From Alistipes sp. (lineage in GTDB: Bacteria; Bacteroidota; Bacteroidia; Bacteroidales; Rikenellaceae): a DNA stretch of 64,000 nt. The stretch covers positions 94 through 64,093 of the forward strand of contig JAZSBD010000011.1 of the NCBI GenBank assembly GCA_045602255.1, given 5' to 3'. Below the pieces are notes generated by a model, which did no database searches, had not been told where the DNA came from, and worked only from the letters and a program-made list of their open reading frames with translations. Position numbers and translations under genes: made by a program. Positions 49,168 through 58,610 of the stretch are shown here, piece after piece. The number at the start of each line of letters is the position of its first letter. Position 1 is the stretch's first letter.

Positions 49168-50460
49168 CTACAAGCCAAACTCCTGCTTTAGGCGATCTAC
49201 CTCGTCGAGTTTCTCCCATGAGAAGAACTCCACCTCCTTGGCGAACTCCTTGCCCTTCTCGCCGATGAAGCGTACAATCTCGGTATATGGGCGACGACCA
49301 AAGTGACCGTACGATGCTGTTGCCTCGAAGATGGGGTACTTCAAGCCGAAGCGCTCGACGATAGCTGCTGGGCGTAGGTCGAAGAGCTTGCTAATCTTGG
49401 CTGCTATCTCACCATCGCTCATCTTAACTGCCGATGTGCCGTAGGTATCTACATATATAGATAGTGGCTCAGCGATACCTATGGCGTAGCTCACCTGTAC
49501 CAACACCTCGCGTGCGATGCCTGCTGCCACCATGTTCTTTGCGATGTGGCGTGCTGCGTATGCTGCCGAGCGGTCCACCTTTGATGAGTCCTTGCCTGAG
49601 AAGGCTCCACCGCCGTGAGCACCGCGACCACCATAGGTGTCAACGATAATCTTACGACCGGTAAGACCTGTGTCGCCATGAGGACCACCAATCACGAACT
49701 TGCCTGTTGGGTTTACGTGGAGGATGTAATCCTCGCCGATAAGGTCGGCAAGACGGTCGTGGGCGCGCTCAAGGCGAGCCTTGACACGAGGGATGAGGAT
49801 ATTGCGCACATCGTCAGCGATTATGCGTTGCATCTCACGCTCTGCCTCCTGCTCTGTGCGGTTATGTGCTGGTAGGATAAACTCGTCGTGCTGTGTAGAT
49901 ACCACGATGGTGTGCACACGCTTAGGACGACGCTCATCGTCATACTCGATGGTCACCTGGCTCTTTGAGTCGGGACGTAGGTAGCGCATCACCTCGCCCT
50001 CGCGACGTATCACGGCGAGCTCCTTGAGGATTACGTGCGAGAGGATGAGCGTTGCGGGCATAAGCTCGCGTGTCTCGTCTACGGCATAGCCGAACATGAT
50101 GCCCTGGTCGCCAGCGCCCTGCTCCTCGCCGTCGCCACGCTCAACACCCTGGTTGATGTCGGATGACTGCTCGTGGATTGCTGAGAGGATGCCGCATGAT
50201 GCTGCGTCGAACTGATACTCGCTACGGTTGTAGCCTATGCGGTCGATTACGCGACGTGCCACACCCTGAATATCTACATAGCCCTCAGAGCGTACCTCGC
50301 CCGATACGACGGTGAGACCTGTTGTACAAAGTGTCTCGCACGCCACTTTTGAGTTGAGGTCGCGACGTAGGAACTCATCGAGGATGGCGTCCGAAATCTG
50401 GTCGGCCACCTTATCTGGATGACCCTCTGATACTGATTCTGATGTGAATAAAAATGCCAT
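49168..50460 (-). CDS. metK: S-adenosylmethionine synthetase
   Basis: [55 protein letters not shown]. Confidence 0.97.
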   Translation of the reverse strand: MAFLFTSESVSEGHPDKVADQISDAILDEFLRRDLNSKVACETLCTTGLTVVSGEVRSEGYVDIQGVARRVIDRIGYNRSEYQFDAASCGILSAIHEQSSDINQGVERGDGEEQGAGDQGIMFGYAVDETRELMPATLILSHVILKELAVIRREGEVMRYLRPDSKSQVTIEYDDERRPKRVHTIVVSTQHDEFILPAHNRTEQEAEREMQRIIADDVRNILIPRVKARLERAHDRLADLIGEDYILHVNPTGKFVIGGPHGDTGLTGRKIIVDTYGGRGAHGGGAFSGKDSSKVDRSAAYAARHIAKNMVAAGIAREVLVQVSYAIGIAEPLSIYVDTYGTSAVKMSDGEIAAKISKLFDLRPAAIVERFGLKYPIFEATASYGHFGRRPYTEIVRFIGEKGKEFAKEVEFFSWEKLDEVDRLKQEFGL

Positions 50461-50492
50461 ACGTATATTATTTTACTATTATTCGTAACGTA

Positions 50493-50571
50493 TGGAGGTG
50501 GAGTTGCTAATAAAAAGAGTGCCGCTTTAGCAATTTTTTATTGTGGTTGCAATCAGTCCAAATCCCTCCAC
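50493..50571 (-). ncRNA. SAM-II 'long loops'-type riboswitch in the metK leader
   Basis: Minus strand GATTTGGACTGATTGCAACC...TGCTAAAG...TTAGCA resembles, from memory, the Bacteroidota SAM-II long-loop motif. It lies between a TACCTTTG promoter (50586-50593) and the metK ATG. Confidence 0.75.
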
Positions 50572-50891
50572 ATTGTTTTCGGGGGCAAAGGTAGTAAAAA
50601 ATAGTTAATGGCGATATAAAATCTTGAAATATTTTCTTATGGGGATATAAGCGTGGCTTATAAAGTGGAAAGGGAAAGGTGAAAAGTAAGGTGCGCTTCG
50701 CGCGAGTTTTTAAATAGAATGCAGGAGCAATAGAGCTTGGGGTACAAGGGGCAGGCTATCAATATCGCTATAAACAAACGCCCATAGCCCCCTACCAAAT
50801 CCCTCCAGCGGAGCGAATACCTCTCCTCGCCACCAATAAAAAAACAGCGCAGCCGAAGCTACGCTGTTCGATATATCGTAGTTTATATAGA

Positions 50892-51386
50892 CTACTTCTC
50901 GTTGATCTTAAGGAATGCACAAGCACCAACACCTGCAGAAGCAAGCAAAGCGAGGATTGCGCCGATGCGAGAAGTCGTTGCACCAGCCTTAATGGCGAGC
51001 TTAACAGCCTCAGCAGGTACAGTTACAAGACCGGCAACCTCTACACTTGGAACAATAAATAGACCAAGGATAGCCATAAGAAGTGCGATAGCTGCACCGC
51101 AGAATGCGAACTGATAGTTCTTGTAGATCATGCCGTAGAGAGCTACAACACCACCAATGAATGCGAAAATGCCATACCACAAACCAATACCAAGACGGCT
51201 TGCGTCCACTGAAATTGGGCCCTCTTTCATTGTTATTGAGAACCAAGGAATAAAGCAGAAGATAACAAGAAGAACTGCGCAAGCGAGACCAGCGATGTGG
51301 AACTTGTCCTTAGTGTCGAAGCATGGCTTGTTCCACTCAGTCTTACCGATTGAACCAAAATCAGGAATAAGTTTGTTAAAATCCAT
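50892..51386 (-). CDS. Hypothetical 4-TM membrane protein
   Basis: FIPWFS motif; paralog of the N-terminal half of 40275-41324. Confidence 0.75.
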   Translation of the reverse strand: MDFNKLIPDFGSIGKTEWNKPCFDTKDKFHIAGLACAVLLVIFCFIPWFSITMKEGPISVDASRLGIGLWYGIFAFIGGVVALYGMIYKNYQFAFCGAAIALLMAILGLFIVPSVEVAGLVTVPAEAVKLAIKAGATTSRIGAILALLASAGVGACAFLKINEK

Positions 51387-51415
51387 AGTTGTTAAATTTT
51401 AAAAGTTAAGTATAA

Positions 51416-51440
51416 TTTGTTTGTTTGTTTGTTTGTTTGT
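51416..51440. repeat. (TTTG)6 tetranucleotide repeat
   Basis: Six perfect units read directly. Confidence 0.9.
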
Positions 51441-51639
51441 CTCTCAGAATACAAACACAAAATTAGTAAAAGTTTTTATAATTGCAAAATTTATTCCCTC
51501 TTTTTTACATTGCATAGGATTTTCTTTAGGGTAATATGTAGGTGAGCTATCCTTATAATTATATTATTGGTAGTTTTATCAAATAAAAGTGGGCTGGCAG
51601 CTGGTGGTTTATCTCGGTTTTTGTATCTTTGCCCTACGT

Positions 51640-52068
51640 ATGGAAAAATTGAGACCCTATGCTGTGGATGATAGCACTACGTTTGAGAGCTTGGTGATGG
51701 GTGATGTCAAGGCTGGCTTTCCCTCGCCAGCGGAGGATATACGCGAGAGACTTGATATTGTGAAGCTTCTGGTGAGACACAAGGCGTCGACATTCTTCTT
51801 TCGCATCGACGGCGTGTCGATGGTGGATGAGGCGATGGATGATGGTGATATTATCATCGTTGACCGCGCCATTGAGCCGTATAACAACTGCAAGGCGGTA
51901 TGCTACATCGATGGTGAGTACACTGTAAAGCGTGTTGAAATGCTCGATGGTCGAGTGCGCCTAATGCCCGCCAACGAGCTAAACGACAAATATAAGCCTA
52001 TCGAGGTGTCGCCCGAAAATCAGTTTATGATATGGGGCGTTGTCACCTATGTTATTAAGCGCATATAA
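51640..52068 (+). CDS. umuD: Peptidase S24 translesion polymerase subunit UmuD
   Basis: AGFPSPA cleavage site, G.SM catalytic Ser, TVKR catalytic Lys, IWGVVT; start taken at MEKLRPY. Confidence 0.92.
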   Translation: MEKLRPYAVDDSTTFESLVMGDVKAGFPSPAEDIRERLDIVKLLVRHKASTFFFRIDGVSMVDEAMDDGDIIIVDRAIEPYNNCKAVCYIDGEYTVKRVEMLDGRVRLMPANELNDKYKPIEVSPENQFMIWGVVTYVIKRI

Positions 52069-52070
52069 CC

Positions 52071-53336
52071 ATGTTTGCCCTTGCCGACTGCAATAACTTC
52101 TTCGCCTCGTGTGAGCGTGTTTTTAGACCCGACCTACAAGGCAAGCCTGTCATCGTGCTCTCGTCGAACGATGGCTGCGCCATAGCGCGTTCGAACGAAG
52201 CGAAAGCACTCGGCATAAAGATGGGCGACCCCTACTTCAAGATACGCGATATTGTCGAGCGACACGGTGTTGCGGTATTCTCGGGTAATATGGCGCTCTA
52301 TGGCGATATGTCGCAGCGCGTGCGCTGGGTGCTTGAGGAGTTCACACCCTCGATTGAGGTATACTCCATAGATGAGGCGTTCTTAGACCTCCGTGGCATG
52401 GAGGATGTCGATTTCGACCTCCTCGCCAAGAGTATCTCGGCGCGTTGCTGGAGGATGGTCTCAATCCCTGTATCTGTGGGCATAGCGCCCACAAAGACAC
52501 TCGCCAAGATAGCCTCAAAACTATGCAAGAGCTACCCTAAGCTACGTGGTGGTTGTTATATGCACCGCGAGCGTGATATTGAGAAGGTGCTCCGCAAGTA
52601 CCCCGTTGAGGATGTGTGGGGCATAGGGCGTCGCAGCGCCGCCAAGCTCAAGGCATATAACATCCTCACCGCCCACGACTTCCGCTCGATGGATGAGGCT
52701 ACCGTACGTAAAATGATGGGTATTGGTGGTGTGCGCACATGGCGCGAGCTTCATGGCGACGCCTGTATAGAGTTTGAACATAGTGTCGAGGCGCGTCAAT
52801 CTATTGGCGTGTCGCGTAGCTTCAGTCGAGAGATATATGAGATAGAGGCACTTGCCGAGCAGGTTGCCAACTTCGCGGCGTCGGCGGTGGAGAAGTTGCG
52901 CAAGCAGCACTCCGTATGCCTCGAGATGATGGTATATGCCTATACGAACCGCTTTAGGGAGGATGCACCCCAGACCTATGGCAGCACCCTTGTGCACTTC
53001 GCGGAGGGCACGGATGACCACCGCGCGATAATCGCTGCCGCGATGAATGCCCTGCGCGACCTCTATAAGCGTGGCTATGGCTATAAGAAGGCGGGTGTGC
53101 ACCTCACGAAGTTGGTGCCAAGGAGTAGCCTTGTTGGCTCACTCTTTGCCGAGACGGGGGCCATAGAGCGCGAAGAGCGCCTCTCGGCAGCCATCGATGC
53201 CATACACCATGCGCATGGTCGTGGCGCTCTGCGTCTCGGAGCGCAGGGTAGTGGCGAGATAATCTCCTCGCACAAGATGCAATCACCACACTACACAACG
53301 CTATGGAGCGACTTGCCGAAGGCAACCGTAAAGTGA
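52071..53336 (+). CDS. umuC: Y-family DNA polymerase V subunit UmuC
   Basis: DCNNFFASCE, LSSNDGC, YSIDEAF, TKTLAK.A, DVWGIG, SPHYTT.W. Confidence 0.94.
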   Translation: MFALADCNNFFASCERVFRPDLQGKPVIVLSSNDGCAIARSNEAKALGIKMGDPYFKIRDIVERHGVAVFSGNMALYGDMSQRVRWVLEEFTPSIEVYSIDEAFLDLRGMEDVDFDLLAKSISARCWRMVSIPVSVGIAPTKTLAKIASKLCKSYPKLRGGCYMHRERDIEKVLRKYPVEDVWGIGRRSAAKLKAYNILTAHDFRSMDEATVRKMMGIGGVRTWRELHGDACIEFEHSVEARQSIGVSRSFSREIYEIEALAEQVANFAASAVEKLRKQHSVCLEMMVYAYTNRFREDAPQTYGSTLVHFAEGTDDHRAIIAAAMNALRDLYKRGYGYKKAGVHLTKLVPRSSLVGSLFAETGAIEREERLSAAIDAIHHAHGRGALRLGAQGSGEIISSHKMQSPHYTTLWSDLPKATVK

Positions 53337-53340
53337 AACC

Positions 53341-53519
53341 AAAATTAGTAAAGAGTAGGGAGTAATTAGTAATGTTTCGCTCCTGTGGAGCGATTGGAAT
53401 TAAAGAATTTAGGGAGATTAGTGAAATTAGTGATTTTGCTTTAAACTCCTTAACTTCCCTATCTCACTTGCTCCAGAGGAGCAACATATTACTAATTACT
53501 CATTACTAATTACTAATTA
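53341..53519. repeat. Composite intergenic mosaic: 7-mer arms (ATTAGTA/TACTAAT), 9-mer arms (TTAGGGAGA-like) and GCTCC-N3-GGAGC hairpins
   Basis: Near-identical modules occur at 57755-57901; related ones at 35243-35470, 39971-40066, 60712-60780 and 61193-61277. Confidence 0.75.
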
Positions 53520-53548
53520 TCCCCTTAAATCAGTGTTATCTTAACCTC

Positions 53549-54826
53549 TTACTCCACCGCAGAGCCTACGATTGTGGCCAACTTGGAGCGCATCTCTAAT
53601 GGGAAACGCTCATCGGAGATATGCGCGCGGTTGGTGAGCAAGATAATGGCAATGTTAAGCTCGGGGTCGATGACGATAGATGTTCCGGTGGCACCAGTAT
53701 GACCTATCGTAGAGCGACTTAGCAGGTCGCCACCCGTCTGTGAGCAGGCTGCGAAGTGCTCCCAGCCCAGCGTGCGGTTGAATGTCTCGTAGCCGCGTGG
53801 GCGCGACATGATGGCCACGGTAGATTGTGGCGATAGTATCTCAACGCCATTTATAGTGCCTTGGTTGAGGAGCATTGCCGAGTAGAGCATTAGGTCATCA
53901 AGCGTGGAGAAGAGACCCGCATTGCCCGATACGCCACCCATGCCCTCACGCGCCAATGGGTCGTGGACAACTCCGCGTAGGAGCTCGCCAGCGACGACAG
54001 CTGTGGGGGCTGCGCCCTCTGCATAGTCATCAGAGGGTAGGTAGCAGGTATTCTGCATGCCGAGAGGTCTAAAGATATTCTCCTCGGCATACTTGTCTAT
54101 ACTCTCTCCGGTAACCTGCTCGACGATGTGTGCGAGGGTGATATAGTTCAGGCAGCTATATAGATATTTCGTGCGTGCCGTAGCTATGCGGTCGCAGGTC
54201 GAAATATAATCTATGACGGCATCGCGGTTGGGGAACTCAACATCGGGGTATGCAGTACGTAGCCTCTTGGGTGCCACATAGGCGGGGAGTCCCGAGGTGT
54301 GGGTCATAAGGTCGGCAATGCGTATGGCGACGGTGTCGCGAGGGCTCTCATCGGATGCCCAGCCCCTGAAGCCGGGGATATACTTATCGACACGATCGCC
54401 CAGCGTTATCTCGCCACACTCGACAAGCTGCATGATGGATGTGGCAACGACAACGGGCTTGGTTAGCGATGCGATGTCGAAGCGCGTCTCGAGCGTCATA
54501 GGCTCCTGGCCACCAATGACCTGGCGCATGCCGAAGCTCTTGCGATATACGATCTTGCCGTCGCGCACCACGCCGACAACAGCCCCAGGGAATGCGCCCT
54601 TATCGATATACTCCTCGACGAGGTCGTCGATTAGCGCAAGGCGGCGGCTATCCATGCCCACACTATCGGGGATTGCCATGGGTAGCAGCGTGGCGGTGAC
54701 CTCCTCCTTAGGGGCACTCTTAGCATTGCCCATGCGGCTAAAGACATAGGCGCCAGCATATATAAATCCTGCGGCAACAGCCACCCAAACAAATATCGAT
54801 AGACGAACACGTACCTTCTCGTTCAT
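53549..54826 (-). CDS. Serine hydrolase, beta-lactamase class C/AmiA-like family
   Basis: FDIASLTK (SxxK), LMTHTSGL, YS.LNY, GNAGLFST, GHTGATG, LTNR; N-terminal TM anchor. Confidence 0.88.
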   Translation of the reverse strand: MNEKVRVRLSIFVWVAVAAGFIYAGAYVFSRMGNAKSAPKEEVTATLLPMAIPDSVGMDSRRLALIDDLVEEYIDKGAFPGAVVGVVRDGKIVYRKSFGMRQVIGGQEPMTLETRFDIASLTKPVVVATSIMQLVECGEITLGDRVDKYIPGFRGWASDESPRDTVAIRIADLMTHTSGLPAYVAPKRLRTAYPDVEFPNRDAVIDYISTCDRIATARTKYLYSCLNYITLAHIVEQVTGESIDKYAEENIFRPLGMQNTCYLPSDDYAEGAAPTAVVAGELLRGVVHDPLAREGMGGVSGNAGLFSTLDDLMLYSAMLLNQGTINGVEILSPQSTVAIMSRPRGYETFNRTLGWEHFAACSQTGGDLLSRSTIGHTGATGTSIVIDPELNIAIILLTNRAHISDERFPLEMRSKLATIVGSAVE

Positions 54827-54967
54827 AACTTACGTAGCTAATAATAGTATTACCTATGCCACAAACGCGCGACATAGGCAATACAAAGGTAATACTATTA
54901 TTCTTAACTACGATGGCTAAGCGCCACTTTTTTTCTGAGCTACAGCCACTGCATATGGTCGTAGGGC

Positions 54968-55552
54968 TCATCTGTTGAGCGCCTTGGCACGGCGATGTAC
55001 ATATGCAAGGCGGAAGGCGTAGGCTATCATCGAGACACCGTAGGACATGAAGGCGATGGCGAGGAAGAGGACCACAGCCTCTGCGCCCAGCGTCTCGGGG
55101 AGCCATATCACCATGACGCCAATGATAATCATCACTATGGCACCAACCATCATCCATCCCGTATCATCGACACTCAAGCTTCTGAGGTCGAGTGCCTGCA
55201 TCATAGCTATGGCACCGCGATATAGTACCCATATGCCAAATATGATGGGCAGCACCTCGACGCTGACGAGGATGTTAAACATCAGCATAATGCCCAAGAT
55301 AATATCTATTATGGATGCAAGTATCACCCAGCCACGACGTACGACGATATTATCCGACGCGATGCTCATCACAAGACCCACGATGCCCGACACGAAGATG
55401 GCAACGCCGAGCCACACCGCCGCAACGAGATAGCTCTCGATAGGGTTTACCAATACAATAAAGCCTATTCCTATGGCGATGATGCCCACACACGCAGCAA
55501 GCCACCACTGGCTTATCGTGCGCTCCTCCTTTTCAAAAATATAATCCTCCAT
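54968..55552 (-). CDS. HdeD/DUF308 family membrane protein
   Basis: WWL...GI..I..G, six short TMs in a repeated arrangement. Confidence 0.78.
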   Translation of the reverse strand: MEDYIFEKEERTISQWWLAACVGIIAIGIGFIVLVNPIESYLVAAVWLGVAIFVSGIVGLVMSIASDNIVVRRGWVILASIIDIILGIMLMFNILVSVEVLPIIFGIWVLYRGAIAMMQALDLRSLSVDDTGWMMVGAIVMIIIGVMVIWLPETLGAEAVVLFLAIAFMSYGVSMIAYAFRLAYVHRRAKALNR

Positions 55553-55694
55553 AACTAAATAAATTTAGGCTCACTAATCGCAACAACCATGCAAAATATG
55601 GGGAGGTATTGCGATTTTTGCTAAAAATTACTACCTTTGTTGAGTTGATTATACAACAAGCACCGAGGAGTAATAATAAAATAGGTATAATAGC

Positions 55695-57278
55695 ATGAGA
55701 AAGTTAACAACAATTTTAGTATTGGTCGTGGCTATGATAGTGCCGATGACAACCATCGCAGCACAGCCACACATCATCCCAGAGCCAGCATACATGGACT
55801 TCGGCGATGAGGGTACATTCCACGTCGATAGCAAGACAAAGATCATCGTCTACGATGAGGCATGGAACCCTGCAGAGCGCTTTGCTGAGGATATGATGAA
55901 GCACTTTGGCAGCAAGAAGCCTCTGCGCACTGTCAAGCGTGGCAATGGCATCAAGGTGCGTATCGACTCGTTTGTTCCTGCTGAGGGCTACGAGATGACA
56001 ATCAACCCTAAGGAGGTTATCATCACTGGTGGCGACGAGGCGGGCATCTTCTACGGCTTGCAGACCTTGCGTCAGATGATCATAGAGTTCGACGGCGAGG
56101 TGCCATGTGGCTATATTGCCGACGAGCCTACGTTCACCTATCGTGGCGTGCACATGGATGTTTGTCGCCACTTCTTCACCGTAGATGAGGTGAAGCGCTA
56201 TATCGACATCATCGCAGCACATAAGGTAAACCGCCTACACTGGCATCTTACCGACGACCAGGGCTGGCGCATAGAGATCAAGCGCTACCCAGAGCTTACC
56301 GAGAAGGGCTCAATACGCAAGGAGACGCTTGTGGGTCACGGTCTTAACCCCGAGAAGTGGGACGGCACGCCTCATGGTGGCTACTACACCCAGGAGGAGG
56401 TGCGCGACATCGTGGCATACGCCGAGGCACGCTACATAACAATCATCCCCGAGATAGAGATGCCTGGTCACTCGCAGGCTGCCCTCCACGCCTACCCATG
56501 GCTCGGTTGCGAGGAGCAGATTGTCGATGTCTGGACAACATGGGGTGTAACCCCTGAGGTGCTCTGCGCCGGCAAGGAGACTACATACGAGTTCTTGGAG
56601 AATGTTCTCTTGGAGGTTGTCGAGCTCTTCCCATCGGAGATTATACATATCGGTGGCGACGAGTGCCCTAAGGATCGTTGGAAGGAGTGCGAGCACTGCC
56701 AGGCGATGATGAAGGCACAGGGCTTGGAGAGCGAGGAGGCGTTGCAGGGCTACCTTGTGACACGCATCGAGAAGTTCCTCAACGAGCATGACCGACGCAT
56801 CATCGGCTGGGATGAGATCTTGGAGGGTGGCGTGACGCCTACGGCTGCGGTTATGGCATGGCGCGGCGCTAAGATTGGCGCATATGCTGCGGAGCATGGC
56901 CACGAGGTAGTTATGGCACCACTGCCTATCTGCTACTTCGACTTCTATCAGACCGAGAGCCGCGAGGGCGAGGGTCTGCGTATTGGCGGTCATATCAACT
57001 TCGAGAAGGTCTACGCATGGGAACCATTCGAGGGTATCTCGGCTGAGGCGCGCAAGAATATCATCGGCGTTCAGTGCAACCTATGGAGCGAGTACTTGAA
57101 GACTATGCCAATGCTTGAGGCACAGCTGCTTCCACGCTTGGCTGCCATGGCAGAGGTGCAGTGGGCAACAGACCGCCGCGATGAAGCAACCATACGCACT
57201 AAGATGGAGGTGTTGCGTAAGTTCTACGACGCCCTCGGCTGGTCATATGCCCCCTACTACTTCGAGGGTAGAAAGTAA
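55695..57278 (+). CDS. GH20 beta-N-acetylhexosaminidase
   Basis: YRG.HMDV.RHF, HWHLTDDQGWR, PEIEMPGH, HIGGDE catalytic motif, GVQCNLWSE. Confidence 0.95.
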   Translation: MRKLTTILVLVVAMIVPMTTIAAQPHIIPEPAYMDFGDEGTFHVDSKTKIIVYDEAWNPAERFAEDMMKHFGSKKPLRTVKRGNGIKVRIDSFVPAEGYEMTINPKEVIITGGDEAGIFYGLQTLRQMIIEFDGEVPCGYIADEPTFTYRGVHMDVCRHFFTVDEVKRYIDIIAAHKVNRLHWHLTDDQGWRIEIKRYPELTEKGSIRKETLVGHGLNPEKWDGTPHGGYYTQEEVRDIVAYAEARYITIIPEIEMPGHSQAALHAYPWLGCEEQIVDVWTTWGVTPEVLCAGKETTYEFLENVLLEVVELFPSEIIHIGGDECPKDRWKECEHCQAMMKAQGLESEEALQGYLVTRIEKFLNEHDRRIIGWDEILEGGVTPTAAVMAWRGAKIGAYAAEHGHEVVMAPLPICYFDFYQTESREGEGLRIGGHINFEKVYAWEPFEGISAEARKNIIGVQCNLWSEYLKTMPMLEAQLLPRLAAMAEVQWATDRRDEATIRTKMEVLRKFYDALGWSYAPYYFEGRK

Positions 57279-57337
57279 GCAGAGATAAAAAACTATTTAT
57301 AAACCTAAAATAAATTACAAACCTTAAACGAACAACT

Positions 57338-57670
57338 ATGAAGAATTTATTCGTTTTGGCATTGGCGCTTGTAATGTCATGCTCCTTTGCATTTGCACAG
57401 ACACAGACCCCTGAGCAGAAGGGTAAGGCAGCAGCTAAGACCTTGGTTAAGGCACTCGTAGAGGAGGATGCCGAGGCTATGGAGAAGCTCGGTGAGGAGA
57501 TGATGGTATTGGATAGCGTCTATAGCGAGGCTCAGGCAGAGGAGTATCTCAAGGGTTTCGTTGAGGGTATCTACTACTACTGCGACTACTATGATCTTGG
57601 CGAGGAGACTGCCGATGCCTTAGTCAATATGATACGGTCTGAGATAATGGGCGACGAGCTCTATTATTAG
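57338..57670 (+). CDS. Hypothetical secreted acidic protein
   Basis: Signal peptide AFA-Q; helical; followed by a terminator. Confidence 0.75.
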   Translation: MKNLFVLALALVMSCSFAFAQTQTPEQKGKAAAKTLVKALVEEDAEAMEKLGEEMMVLDSVYSEAQAEEYLKGFVEGIYYYCDYYDLGEETADALVNMIRSEIMGDELYY

Positions 57671-57697
57671 CGCTAACGTCCCCGTAGACAAAAGGTT

Positions 57698-57726
57698 AGA
57701 GGTGTCACAATCGTGGCACCTCTTTG
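57698..57726 (+). terminator. Intrinsic terminator
   Basis: AGAGGTGTCAC-AATC-GTGGCACCTCT followed by TT. Confidence 0.7.
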
Positions 57727-57905
57727 CTTTGTAAGTAGTTGCTTCGGAGTGAAAGGAATATTAAAGAATTTAGGGAGATTAGTGGAATTAAGGAATTTAG
57801 TGATTTTTACTTAAACTCCTTAACTTCCCTAACTTCCCTAATTTCCCTTTCTTAATTGCTCCATAGGAGCAACACCATTACTAATTACTAATTACTAATT
57901 ATCTA

Positions 57906-58367
57906 CTACTCTTTCCACATGAGTATCGACGACTTGATATTGTTGTTATCGTCGTAGATGATGTAGCCCTTGTCGTCAACCTCGTAGAGCTGTATCCAGT
58001 AGACATCCTTGTTGTTGACCTGGAATTGACCCTTAGGGACTACCATGCCACCATAGAGCGTGCCATCCTCAAACTCGACATTAACGATGCCGTCAACAAT
58101 CTCGGTAGGAGGGGTGAAGGTGTAGGTAAAGCTGCGGCGCGATACCTCCTCGTCGCGTAGTGAGTTAGAGTAGCCCACCATCTCGCCTGTCGTCGTGCCG
58201 TAGGTGATGTCGTAGTAGATCTGATTCTTGGTGTCGACGCTAAACCACATGGTATTCTCTATGCTCTCGAGCGGTGGGTACTTCTCGTTAGATACCTGCT
58301 CGGGATGCTCACACGAGCTAATGGTTGCTACGAGCATCAACGCCATAAGATAGTTAAATAGTTTCAT
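57906..58367 (-). CDS. Hypothetical lipoprotein
   Basis: Lipobox ISSC; beta-rich sequence. Confidence 0.75.
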   Translation of the reverse strand: MKLFNYLMALMLVATISSCEHPEQVSNEKYPPLESIENTMWFSVDTKNQIYYDITYGTTTGEMVGYSNSLRDEEVSRRSFTYTFTPPTEIVDGIVNVEFEDGTLYGGMVVPKGQFQVNNKDVYWIQLYEVDDKGYIIYDDNNNIKSSILMWKE

Positions 58368-58610
58368 AATCTCTTATAAGTTTAATCAATCGTTTCGTTG
58401 TCAATCTCTTGGCAAAGGTAATACTTTTTGCCAAAATATGTGTTCTATATGCCCTATTGACGTAAAAAAGAGGGCTAAGATGGTGCCAATTAGGAAATTT
58501 TGCTTACTTTTGCGAGCCTCTTGCGCGCTCGCGTAATGCGGTGGTGGGCAGAGGGATGAACTATTTATTAATTTTTAACGAGCGATTGTATCGCAAAACT
58601 ATTTTCCATT

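Noticed and set aside
51640..53336. umuDC as a marker of a prophage or ICE
   Set aside because: No integrase, att pair, phage or conjugation genes nearby, and the codon style matches the host.
53549..54826. Antibiotic-resistance beta-lactamase
   Set aside because: The motifs fit the broad serine hydrolase/AmiA-like family; nothing specific indicates beta-lactam hydrolysis.
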